Shown here piece after piece: positions 25,704 through 38,161 of a DNA stretch of 64,000 bases (position 1 is its first letter; every line of letters starts with the position of its first letter). Where the stretch lies: NCBI GenBank assembly GCA_002269645.1, contig NIVC01003513.1, forward strand, positions 30,174 to 94,173. The letters are read 5' to 3'. The stretch comes from Macrostomum lignano. Lineage: Eukaryota. The notes beneath the pieces are model-generated. The model was not told the DNA's origin and made no database searches. It saw nothing but the letters and a program-made list of their open reading frames with translations. Made by a program: the position numbers and the translations under genes.

Positions 25704-27768
25704 TTACGCGTTGCGATCGGCGGCCACAGAGTTGGGCGCGGCGTCCTGATGGTTGGGTATAGAATTGACGGAGATGGGCAGGAAGATGACGCTGTCCGGG
25801 CCGCGGACGGGCACGTAGCCTAAGCTGAACAGATTCGGCGAGTCCAGATTAAACTCGGTCGAAGTGAACGCCGACTGCGGTATCTGCAGGATCGGGGCGG
25901 AGCCGGGCGCCGGCGAGAATGTCGCGGAGGTTGGCGTGGCAGCAGAGCCGGCGGCCATGGCCAAATTGCTGAGATTGCTCAGGTCCAGCGAGGCTGGTAT
26001 GTGGCTCTTCCGGTCTGATAGCGAGCTGCCGGCTGCGGCGGCAGCGGCGGCGGCGGCGCGACCGCCGGGCGACAGCAGGTCGCTGAGGCCCTGGTGGCTG
26101 AGCAATGGCAGAGGAATCTCGGGCTTCACTGTGGTCACAGAGCTCACGGAGACTACTGGCATAGGGAATTCCGAGCTCTGCTGCTGATGCTGCTGCGGCG
26201 GCTGTCGCTGTGGATGCTGCTCGGGCTGCTGGTGATGATGAAGATGCTGATGATGAAGCTGCTGATGATGATGATGATGCTGCTGGTGATGCTGAGGCAC
26301 AGAAGGCTGAGCTTGTTGCTGCTGTTGAGCCAGCGGATGCTGCGGGGGCGGCGGCGGTGGCTGCATGTGATGCTGAAGGTGCTGCTGCTGATGGTGCTGC
26401 ACAGGCGAGACAGACGCCTGATCCTGCTGCTGAAATGGAAGCTGAGCCGGCGGCGGCGGCGGTGGCGGCGGGGGCTCCGCTGGCATAGCAGCCGCGGGGG
26501 CACCGCTTCCGGCTCCGACAGGGGAAGCAGCCTCGCCCGGTGAGGGCATCATGCCGCCGCCACTGCCTCCTCCGTCTGGCGACTTCTCCGAGCTGAGGCA
26601 GGCTTGGATCAGAGCCTTGCCATTGTTGGATTGCACCATGTTGTTCAGCTTCTCTGTAGTGTAGGTGTACACGTGGCCGGTCTCTGAGGCGACCAATAGG
26701 AGCACGTGGGCGCCTGCAGGGAATGCAGGAGAGCATTATTAGGATTTGATTGAAACTGCTCCTGGCATTATGTAATGGTCGAATTGCTGAAAAGTCGTTG
26801 CAAACAACTCTGGTGACTCTAGCGACTCTGGGGGGGGGACTGTTGCGTCACAAGCGCGTCACGTGACTTGTAGAATCGTAAGAGTCTCGAAGAAAGTCAT
26901 TTATTAATCGTTGTGTTAGCGCTAAACTTTCTACTAACTCAGTAGGCTAGTTAGAGTGCAATTAGAGTTCCATAGGCTATACCGAGTGTTTGTTGCGTAA
27001 CTGTAACTCTGACTCTGTAACGCGCCCAGAGCGTCTCAGAAGTGACGCAATAAAGCGCTTCTTTTGCGACTTTTTAGCGACTGGAGAACGCCGCTAAATC
27101 AAGCGACGCAAATGCACTTTAAACCGGACTCTACAGCCCCAGAGTATAAGGCGACTCTTGGGCGACCTGAACCGTGACATTTCGTCGTTTTAAGACTCAA
27201 TTCTTTCCCTTTTTACCTATGTCATTTGCAACGACTCTGGGAGGCTTCTTGGCCTAGGTACCATTTTTATGGGGATAATTCTTGAGATTTATTGCAGTTG
27301 GGATTGTCTCTGGAGAATTTTTTATTATCGATAAGTAGGGTTGATATTTATATTGTAAAAAGATCAGTGTGACGCAGCTTTAGATTGCGCACCGGTTAGA
27401 GAGGCCAGCTCGTACGCCTTCTTCATCAGTCCAGTCTTACGCTTCGAAAACGTAGTAAAGCGCCTATTCTTATCCTGTATGAATTCAATTTTAATTTTCT
27501 GCTTTCCGCGCGACTTCTTCTTCGGCGGCGGCTGGTCGGCGGCGCCGTCGATCCGCTGGTCGGGGCCGCTGGCGGGCAAGTAGGGCGACACCGACCGGGA
27601 TCTGTCCTCGCCACCAGACGGCGACGGGCCCGGCGTGAGGTCGTCGCAGCAGTCCTCGGGATTCTCGGCATGAAATCGCCAACAGTTTGAGAAGGGCTGG
27701 TCGCCGTGCTGAGCGCACAGTTCGTCGCTTGAACCGGTGGCTGACATGCTATTGTGCGGAGTCGGCAT
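25704..27768 (-). CDS. SRF: Serum response factor-like MADS-box transcription factor (2 exons, about 461 aa)
   Basis: Exon 1 27768..27393, intron 27392..26714 (GTGCGC...CTGCAG, phase 1), exon 2 26713..25704. The spliced MADS+SAM region SRGKQKIKIEFIQDKNRRFTTFSKRKTGLMKKAYELASLTG|AHVLLLVASETGHVYTYTTEKLNNMVQSNNGKALIQACL is SRF/type-I, not MEF2. The start could instead be Met 27747. Confidence 0.95.
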
Positions 27769-27918
27769 GAATTACCAGCGGCTTAGTCTGATTAAATCAA
27801 CTCAGCAGGTTAAAATGTGCACTGCCAATTATTAATATGACTGTTTGTTAAGCGTAACCTGGGTTTTATTGTCATGATGACACACCAACTTTAACTGATT
27901 ACACTTGTCCTAATGGCC

Positions 27919-28187
27919 AGATGTGCAACCGACAGCTCAGCCGCAGCTATTGGGCGGCGCATCTGAAGCCTGCGTACGGCTGTTCAGTCCAAGGACTGGC
28001 GGGTCGCCACACACAGCCTTAATTACCCCAGCTAATGCTGATGCCCCATTTTACAGTTGGGTGAACTAAAGCAATGCAGAGTTAAGTGTCTTGATCAAGG
28101 ACATAAATTGTTCCGAGTGGGACCAGGAATCGAACTCCCGACCTTCAAGTCGTGAGTCCGACACTTCTAACCACTAGGCTACAAACC
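27919..28187 (-). mobile_element. tRNA-derived SINE, copy 2
   Basis: The reverse complement aligns along its length with 20015-20281 (A-box TAGCCTAGTGG, B-box AGTTCGATTCC, same body and 3' end ...TCGGTTGCACATC). Confidence 0.88.
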
Positions 28188-31100
28188 TTAAACTGTTTTC
28201 CAAACTGGATGTTATTTAATTTAAGTTCCATTTCTCTGTCATTCATATTTCACTTGAAGTATAAATCATTTTATATTTATCGGGATTCTAAAAAAATTGA
28301 AGACTTGAAACTGATGATTTTGAACTGAATCAAATTTTAGTAATCTGTAAACATAAAGTCTGCATACTTCTCCGTGTGGGTAAAGATGTTGGTGTTTTAA
28401 TTGATTTTAAGCTTTTTATGTAAGCTGGCATCTTGAGCTATCAATTTGGCCTCCTAAGTTTGAACTCAAAATTGAAAATGACACAGCAATTGTCTTTATG
28501 ATACTATTGAAACTAGTTTACCTTAGCTAAAATGTTAGAATTAGAAATGAGATTCAGTGTTCCCTAGATTGTGTACATTACAGATGTAAAATAATGGGTG
28601 TGTGCCAAATATTTTCAAATATGGAATAGTAAAATTAATTACTAATATGATTGCACAAAATATAAAGATTAGTGTAAGAGCCATTCCATAGGTTGAAGCA
28701 CGATAGACTTATCAAATGGAAAAAATGCTAAATATTATATTTAGCATTTAGTATTCTAAATGAATGATAGATTCTTAAAATGGCACTAAAGAACAATTAT
28801 TTTTTTCAAAAAAAGCCTTGGAAACTTTATTAAACTTTATGGGAACTAGCAGCCATTGCCATTACAAATGTCATGGTTTTTTATTCTAATGCAAGATGCT
28901 ACTAGAGTTATACTAAGATTTTACTAGCACCACCGCGGGCCTCCCTGCATCAACTGCCACACATAACCTCACTTGAACTGGCTGTCTTGAAGATGTTATT
29001 CTTCCTGAGCCAAGCTGCCCAAATGCCAGGCAAACTTAATTGCTTCCTCCACTATTAAAACAAAATGAATAAAACTGACATTAACACAACAGAAATTAGT
29101 AAAAGTCAAACTTTAACAACTTTTGCCACTCTTTTTACCATTTTCTAAATTAAAACTTTAATGTAAATTGGACAGTTGCATTCAAAATCAATATTTACTA
29201 ATAATATTCATACTAAAACATGCATATGGCACTTATATACACTATCTTTTTAAAAGCACTAAGCAACATAAATCTATTATAAACCACATTTATCCCTACA
29301 TTTTTTCAAAAATCATTTTGTTTTCAACAATCAATATATATATATATATATACTCTACAAAATCTGTGTGGTCTTGCCATTGCCATGACTTTACCACCTA
29401 CCATTTGCAATTTTCAAAAATAAATTGCATCATTATGTTGCTGCTAAAATTTAACTTGGACAGGGATAATATAGTGACTGGCTATAAACTAGTTATTTAG
29501 CAGCATTCACTAGCTTTCCTAAGGGCTTTGCATTCGGCTATACAGCAGCCTAGTCTATTTGATCTAGAGAAGGTTACCCCATGCTAGACCTAAGTGTTTA
29601 TTGCCTAATGACTCATAGCCACATACTATGATTTCCCTACCCACACTAAGGAGGCATAGCAGAATGATTTATCCCCTACCTTCATACACACACGGAATGC
29701 AAAGGCTGCCTATAGGGAGTAAACAAGATGACTCATCCACTTAAATCTATTTTAGCACATAAAAGCATGACAAGATTGCCTTATTTCAAAGTTGGCCTTG
29801 AGTCATGCCTATCTTGCATGACTCCAAGGTCCAAATAAGGAAGTTTAATGCACTTAGTTCATTAAACTTACATGACTTTTGGGGGGTCCACTCAGCTAAA
29901 AATATGGAGCACTTATGAGCTGTTTTTCCCCAGATTGCATTTTTAGGCTTTGTCCAGAGCTGCTTCAAGAAGAGGTGCACTTCTTGGTAGCAAATAGAAA
30001 TTAATAAATTGATAGAAATCAATGATACACTCAGCAGCTGTTACTACTGCTGCAATTATAGATGCTATTACAATTATTGAGCTCCTTACTATAGATGATG
30101 TATATGTTAACATTGAGCTATATACACAATCTGACCAAGTAAAGTGGCTTGTGCAATAAGCAAAGTGCAATGTCAGCTTGTACTCAATAGCTAGCTGTCA
30201 TGAAAGTGTATTGCAAATTATATCTATATAGTCTATCTATTCAACTATCAAATAGATTGGGCATGAGTCTTGGCTAGTGCCTTGTATGATAGGCCCCATA
30301 GTCAATGTCACAAGTTGTAAAAACTCATTAAGTATATGTGAGCTTGGCCTTCATTTAAAAGTCATGTTGGAGTCTGGCAACAAGTTTTAAGACCACCTAG
30401 ATAAGGCTACATTTTATGCCTTTATATACAACAATCTGCAAGTGTTTGAGCTAGCCAGCCAAGTATTTTATTGACTGCTTGATTACACTTTGCATTAAGG
30501 TGGCACTGGTGTGTATAACGGAAATAGTGCACATTTCTAGTTCATTCTTTTTAGTGATTCAATAATTTTATTCTATTCTATTCATTCAATAATGAAGATA
30601 TAGTACATTTCTAGTAGCCAGGCTAATGCTATGCTTGAGCTACATGCTAAGCTTTATTAGATGCTACTAGGAATTAAAATGCCAATATGTGATCAGCTGC
30701 TCAATTGGGTAACATGCCTACTTTACAAGTGCATCTTGGCCTTTTCTTCTTTGATTTCTATGGTAAAGCATTGAAGAAATAAAATATCACCAAGGTTATT
30801 AACTGCCATATACACGCTCCTCTTGGCTCCCTATTTGTTGGGCACTATGACCTAAATATAGATAGCAGCTATGATAATATGAGTAAGAGTATTTAGGAAC
30901 AAGATATAACATATTTATTCAGCACAAATTTTATTATATAGCTTTACACATAGTACACACTTAAAAAAAATAGACTAAAAAGTATTAGCATATACACATG
31001 ACACCTTCCTAAGTAGGGATTGACCAACCATGAATTTTTTGCATGATTGGAATTAGACTGTGTGTGAAACTCTGTGACTATGAATTTTTTATAATATACA

Positions 31101-32639
31101 TCTTAATTTAAACGCGGAAATATTAATATTAATACTACTAAGACTAATGAAATTTTTATTGATTTTTAAGCTTTGTTTTATCATGTTTATTGATTGACTA
31201 TATCTTATTACATCTGTTGCAATTTTGGTTTGCTTTGGTTATGCTATGATTTCAAAAAACTAAGGTTTACTTCACAAAATTTATTAATTGTGATTGGCAA
31301 AAAACTGTACATAGCTTTTTTACTTGTGATCATATTTTTCGTGATTGTGACCATGATCATGGTCAATCCTTATTACTAAGTGTGGCTATAAGCTAGAGGG
31401 CCTATATTGTAAAAAAGTTAACATAAAAGCAACTTATTCTTAGCATTAATTTTTTAAATAATAACATATATAGGACCTTAGAATAAATTAAAGCACATTG
31501 TTTAACAGCTAAGGAATAATATCTTGAATAAAATTTAAAAATATATCTGCTTCTAACTAATTACAGACTTATCAAACCATTACAATGCAATCTTTCTATA
31601 ATTCCCTTTGTGCCAATTGAAATATTCAGTTTCCTTGAATATTCAATTCAATAAACCTTGAATATTCAGTTAGACTATTAACTTTAATATAGGAATTAGT
31701 CCAAGGCTTTGCATCTTTAAGTGGATGGTATGAATGTAATTTAAAGTTGAAAATCATTTTGTTGGCAAACAAGAACATGTTGCTGCTATGAGAGCCAAGA
31801 TCCTTACATAGCCAATGAAACATAATATGACAATTTAGTGAATGCAGCATTGTCTAATGCTAAGACAATGACAATTTAGATAATTTAGCTATTTTTCTTA
31901 TAACTTGCATTATGACAATCTTAAATATGACAACTTTGACCAGAGCCATATATGGTTGCCATGACCATGATATAGACTATGAGCTCTAGAAACTAATAGG
32001 CTAACTAAAATCATGAAAAGTTAGAAAAGTTTAGAAATGACTAAATTAGTCAATAAAATAGGTTATTATTATTAATAAATCTCTAAACTGCAAAGGTAAA
32101 ATTGGTCCTAGGTCAATTCAATAACAAGACATTTTGGTGACAACTTGGGAAATTTTTATGACAATATTGCTAGTCAATTTAGTAACAAGTATTGATAAAT
32201 ATTCAAATATAGCTTTTACTAAACTTGAGTGAAATGAAAGTAATAAAGGAAATTTGCTATGCTCTTATATGTATATATAGTTGACAATTACTCTGCAACA
32301 TTGCTGCCTTTTTTACCCATGAATATAGATAAACCACTCTGCAGGGATCTGAATTGATGTAAGGCTAGGATCAATTGAAACATACTTTTCAAGGTGTGTG
32401 AACTTTATAAAGAGTCAAAAATATTGAATGCCCAAAACATTTGGTCCTGATTTCTCTATGCCAATTTCTTTATAAAGCTATATATAGCTACTGTTATGTC
32501 AAAAAATTGACCACTTTAGCATTTGGCCAGGGATCTCTAGGAATAATTGAGGTAGCAATGTATAGTAGATATGGGAATCAGAGATGGCTATGCAGAATCA
32601 GCCTGGGATAGAGAAAATGATTATGATGGGGCTTCATAT

Positions 32640-34192
32640 TGAAACAAAAATTATATGGCTTTTTCCCATATTATCGTTTCCTTCTGCCAATAGTTCAGGA
32701 AGACAACGAACAATGGACTTCTCGATGGTAACTTTCTCTGTGTGATCTCTAGAGTCACATTCTCAAACTTCAGGCGAGGATCTTTCCTCTTCAATCAGTA
32801 TATTTTATAAGCTAGCACACTGTACGCGAGCAACGAGGAATAGGAGCAGTAGGGGGAGAGAGTGGGATTTTGAGGCCCAATAGGCAGTGTCGGTCAGAGG
32901 TTGTGCATGCATCACGCGAGGGTCGCATGGCTGGGCTTCTTGCTCGCCGATCATCAGGACTATTTTTAGGCATGCAGATCTTGTGCATCTGGGAGTTGCT
33001 GCCAAGGCTGGATGCTTGTTCACGCATCACGCGCGTGTCGGCTGATTTCTCCCATCCTCTTGCTAACGGCGCCTTCGTTTCACTTCAGTCGCTCTTTTTT
33101 CAGGGAAGCGAGGCCCTCCGAGCTCTGTTGAAAATAAGCTTGGAGCAATGATGACATGGCGTACAGTTGTGCATTTGCTTGCGATACGCAGTCCCACTTG
33201 GTAACTTGCAGTTGAGTTGATGTTGTTGAAACACGAAACTTGGTCAAGGGGCAAAGTGAACTTGTGACAACAGTGGATGAATTGTACCAGCATATCCTCT
33301 TGACTATTTAATCAGATCTGAGAGGGGGATTGACGTGAACTCGGAAACTCGACAAATTGAATGGGCTTTTCGATGCCCTAAACAGTGACGCAAATAGGAC
33401 TGGACACAGAGACTCGACAAATTGAAACAGCGTCTGGTAGACAGTCAGATCGGGATGCTGGCTGAAGGTACATTGCAGTTAAATAGGACGTCGGAAAAAT
33501 ACCGTCTTGACCAAATTGATTGTGTAGATCTCTCAACGAGAGTTTCTTCTTGGAAGGGTAAACTGCGTCGCTTCTTGATCTTCGTCTATTGGTCTTATCT
33601 AGTTCGAAGTTTTCCTTTACTGAAGGCAGGAAAGTCTCAGTTCTCGATTTACTCGGATGGCTGTGGAAGACATGCAGCAGAGCGATAACTGCATGGTGTC
33701 TGAGACTTCTGTCTAGCGGCGACTCACGCGGTCAGTGGAACCAATTGAAACGAAAATTATATGGGTTTTCCCATATTATCGTTTCCTTCTGCCAATAGTT
33801 CAGGAAGACAACGAACAATGGACTTCTCGATGGTAACTTTCTCTGTGTGATCTCTAGAGTCACATTCTCAAACTTCAGGCGAGGATCTTTCCTCTTCAAT
33901 CAGTATATTTTATAAGCTAGCACACTGTACGCGAGCAACGAGGAATAGGAGCAGTAGGGGGAGAGAGTGGGATTTTGAGGCCCAATAGGCAGTGTCGGTC
34001 AGAGGTTGTGCATGCATCACGCGAGGGTCGCATGGCTGGGCTTCTTGCTCGCCGATCATCAGGACTATTTTTAGGCATGCAGATCTTGTGCATCTGGGAG
34101 TTGCTGCCAAGGCTGGATGCTTGTTCACGCATCACGCGCGTGTCGGCTGATTTCTCCCATCCTCTTGCTAACGGCGCCTTCGTTTCACTTCA
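32640..34192 (-). mobile_element. Complete non-autonomous LTR retroelement (TRIM-like), 1553 bp
   Basis: LTRs at 32640..33087 and 33746..34192 are nearly identical, with TGAA...TTCA ends. TSD ATAT at 32636-32639 and 34193-34196. On the minus strand, a PBS TGGTTCCACTGACCGCG (33743..33727) lies 2 bp from the LTR and a purine tract GAAAAAAGAGCGAC abuts the other LTR. The 658-bp internal region has no gag/pol motifs. Confidence 0.92.
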
Positions 34193-36169
34193 ATATCTTT
34201 TGACCACAATATTGACTATTTAAGCATTTGAAGCTTCAAATGAAGGAATCAAAAGAGAGCTGCAGTACATATAAGTGGGAAAGAAAGTAGAGTAAAGAAA
34301 AAGAATTAGAGGGGATAGAAGGATAAAGGAGAGAGACAGTTGGTCAGCTCTATACTATATTGTAATTTGCTTTAAAGCAATGTACTATATTTTAAAACTC
34401 AATAACTCAATTGAAGCTTATAACTAGACAAAACAGAATTTGGTAAAGAAAACTCATTGTCAAGGTAACTATAACAGCTAGTATTTTACATATATAATGG
34501 CTATAACAATATTTCTAGAGCAAACTACAGTAGTTGTCAAAGGCCTTTCAGCTCTTTCTAGAAATCTTAACTGCTGACACTAAAGTTGTCGAAGGGCTAA
34601 ACTCCTGTTTTTATAAATGTTGGTAGCTGCCACCAAGACTATTCTATTAATAAATTATGAGTTTATTAATCTTAGAATAAGTCTGAGAATATTTCTTAGA
34701 ATAGGTCTGAGTATTTAGTCTGCATATTTAGTCTGGGTATTTAGTCTGAGTATTATTCTTAGAAAACTATTAGCCCTGAAAGATTTTATTCCTCTGTTAT
34801 TCTGGTAGAATTCTATTATTCTAGTAGCGTTCTATTTAATAATTTGGCCTGAGCAGTATTTTGGCTTACTGGTATATGTCTTTCATGTACTTTGCAAGTC
34901 CTTGGGCGTTACCGAGATCAGAGGGTCACAGTCTCCGGTTATTCTTACATGTATCACTTCAGATCTATTTCGTATTCTCTTACTACTCAATATTGCTGCT
35001 TCTCAATAGTATGTACTATATACACTTCAGTCTATTTCACTCTTACTTTGTAAAAGGAAATAACACAGAAAACACTTCTTCAATTCTTATTTTCTCGGAA
35101 CTCTTACTATTCGCTATCAATCACTTATTGCGGAACCCCGATGCGTGAGGTTGTATTCTCCTCTGCTGAAATCGCTTCTATTTATACTAAAATTTGCTAT
35201 AGTTTTAAACAAAAATTTGTTAGTGCAAAATATTATAGAAAATATGAGTATTAAAACAAAATATGTTTCTTAGTTTTGGCGTGAATTCAAATTGACTAAA
35301 CGGTGACTATTTTATAAAGAAATTGGGAGGGGCCTTGCACATAGTTTTTAAAATAAATTTCTTACTAATTATTTCATTTATTAAGTGCACACTTGAATGG
35401 TTAGTCAAACTGTATGTTGATCCTTTGTCTTTTATGGCAACTTCTTGTCATGCCCAAATAGAAAGGCATATGATTAGGGACACAAAAAAGTCAATATTGC
35501 AGTTCTTGTCCCACATATTTATGGTACGATTGCTGCTAGTTATTGCTACAAATTAACATAATAGCTTAAGATAGTCAATGAACTCTTAGTATGAGATATA
35601 TTGTAGTACAATGGTCTTAATATATGTATCTATATGTATCTATATATGAATATATATATATAGATACATATATTGATGCATGTATACATATATGCATTTT
35701 TACAGTTTTAGACAACTAATAGAAGCCATTTGAATTTATATTTGTAGCTAATTGAATGATGCCTATTATTATTGCATTAAAAATTCTAATAGATATCATA
35801 TACATTAAATAAGAAATAAAAAAATGATTAAAGGTAAGAAATTGAAACTATATTAGGCCTAGTTTCATAAAACTATCAAAACTACAAAAGCCAATATAGA
35901 TACAAAATGCACATTGCTTTAAGTTCATGCTTTAAAACCCATTTAAACAAAAGATTAATGATTTGATAGCATCTAAAACTTTTTATTTTAACAAGAAAAT
36001 TAGTAAAAAAAGCTTTATTCAAATATTTACCAACAAAAAACAGTAAAATAAGGTCTAAAAAGCTTGTCACTGAATTGACCAATGGTGTCACCAAAACATC
36101 CAGTGCCATTGTCAGGAATTTCGATTGGGGTGGGGTGGGTTGGCTTGGCTGGCCATGCCTTATGCCATT

Positions 36170-36385
36170 GTCACTTTTGGCACGACAAGCACTTATTTTG
36201 GCACCACAGGCACTCATTTTGGCGCTGTAGGCACTTGTTTTGGCACGTCGCAAGCATTTATTTTGGTGCCACAGGCACTTATTGTAACACCGCAGGCACT
36301 CATTTTAGCGCCGCAGACACTCATTTTGGGGCCGCAGGCACTCATTTTGGCACCACAGGCACTTATTTTAGCAGTGCAAGCACTC
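36170..36385. repeat. Degenerate 22-bp tandem repeat (CAGGCACTCATTTTGGCACCAC-like)
   Basis: About 9-10 imperfect copies; source of the APQALIL ORFs. Confidence 0.85.
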
Positions 36386-38161
36386 AATTGCTTGCCTCAT
36401 GGTTTTTGGTACCCACCACCCACTCCCACACCCAATTTATGGTGGCCAGGTCGGCCAGCAGTTGCGCATGTAGGCCTATGATGAGAAACAAATAACACTT
36501 CATTTCGACTCTAGCCTTATAAATAATATAGACCCATGGCCATATTTCAAGGTTAAGGATTATATACAATACAACTGCAATATTGAAATACATTCTAATC
36601 TACTTCATAGCAAGACCCGATAAGCCAGATATTCTATGTAGGCCTAGTCTATTTGGTAAAAGACCAAATGTATTACCAAGGCAATCTGACTGTTAAATAC
36701 TTGTAGTAATAAATAAATAAATAAATAAATAGAGATCGATGATAATTCATACAAATCTTTAAAAAAATGATCGTCAGTTAGACTTTTTAAAAGTATCTCT
36801 TGTAAGTAACAAAACAAAACTTAAAGAAGCTCCATTAATTATTAGCATTCTTACTTTGTAATTCTTACTGTGCAAGACGCTAAAAAGACTTTACTATCTT
36901 TTCATTGTCGATGTCCTTAGAAGTTGATGATACATTTCCTCACGCCAAAGTAACAAAAAACAGAATTTGCGCACTTTTTGTTCCGGAGTAGCTACCTTTT
37001 TGCCATTAATTCGCCAGAACTGCAGATTTATTAATTTTTAAATAAAAAAATCTTGTAAGTGAGTCATAAATCTAAATCCTCATATTTGGAAATGGGGGGG
37101 GGGATAAAAATGAATGACCCACAGGAAGTATGTACTGTACATGTATAACAATATTCATTTCAAAAATACTTCTGCATGAAATTTTAGCGAATCCGAGACG
37201 CAAATTCTAAGCTATACTCTAACGCGTGTTTGGCACAAATATGGGGGTGGGATTTATATGTATACGTGCATTGCATGGAGGGAGGAAAAAGATGGACCAG
37301 TGCGATTGAGCGTTTGATAGACTCGGAAAGCACCAGAAAAAAAACAAATGACCGGTTCCAAGATAGCGCGATCGATGTACCTCGGTAGTAAGCTTTAGAA
37401 CTTCCAACAAGGTGTACATGTAGGCTTAATTAGCATGTGAATGCATATTTAATGCTGGAGGCAATAGTTTTAATCTCTCAGCAGCAAACTAGCAAACGAG
37501 ACGAACCGGGCCGGCCCATGCCCCCGATGCTATTCAAGGACCACTATAGAAGTTACTGCTTGTCCTTGATACTATTATATACATGTACAAACATAAAAAA
37601 ATGTGAATACCATACATACGCTCGTATGTAGTTAAGATGAAGTAAGTGCCTGACTGCAGGTTATAATCACAACTCTCTGCATCATCAAAACATCTCTTCA
37701 CGTGGCACGTGTCGTCGACGAGCGGACAAGCACTATAGCTTGTGCAAATAACGAGATGGTCACGCAAGTTGCTCAATGGTTAACAAACAAGCTTGTTGCT
37801 GTAGAATAGCGGCATCCAGGCTGCAGCAATTTCGACTCTCGTTGTTGAGTAAACATTTGCACACTAGATTAAAATTGCGGTAGATTCTATACAGTAGTCC
37901 AAGAAGCACGTTTGTAAAAAAATCAGCTGCTTTAGATACAGCACTTCTACTCATACGAGTAGAAGAAGACAGTTGAACATTTGCCGCAACTTGACAGGGC
38001 ATTAGCTTGGACAATATTTGGCTAGCAAATTCATCATAAACACAGAAATGTATGCATAATTGCTATGCAACATGCATATAACCTCCAAAGATTGCCCCCA
38101 TCCACCACAAAGACTTTGATCTGCTGTCTATACTAGATTCCTTACACCATACTAGAAGAAA

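Noticed and set aside
32805-34223. Duplicated small ORFs (MNKHPALAAT..., MRPNRQCR...) as a gene pair
   Set aside because: They are chance ORFs inside the two LTR copies.
37534-38014. Cys-containing minus-strand ORFs as a divergent small secreted gene
   Set aside because: No consistent splice sites, signal peptide or recognisable domain could be assembled.
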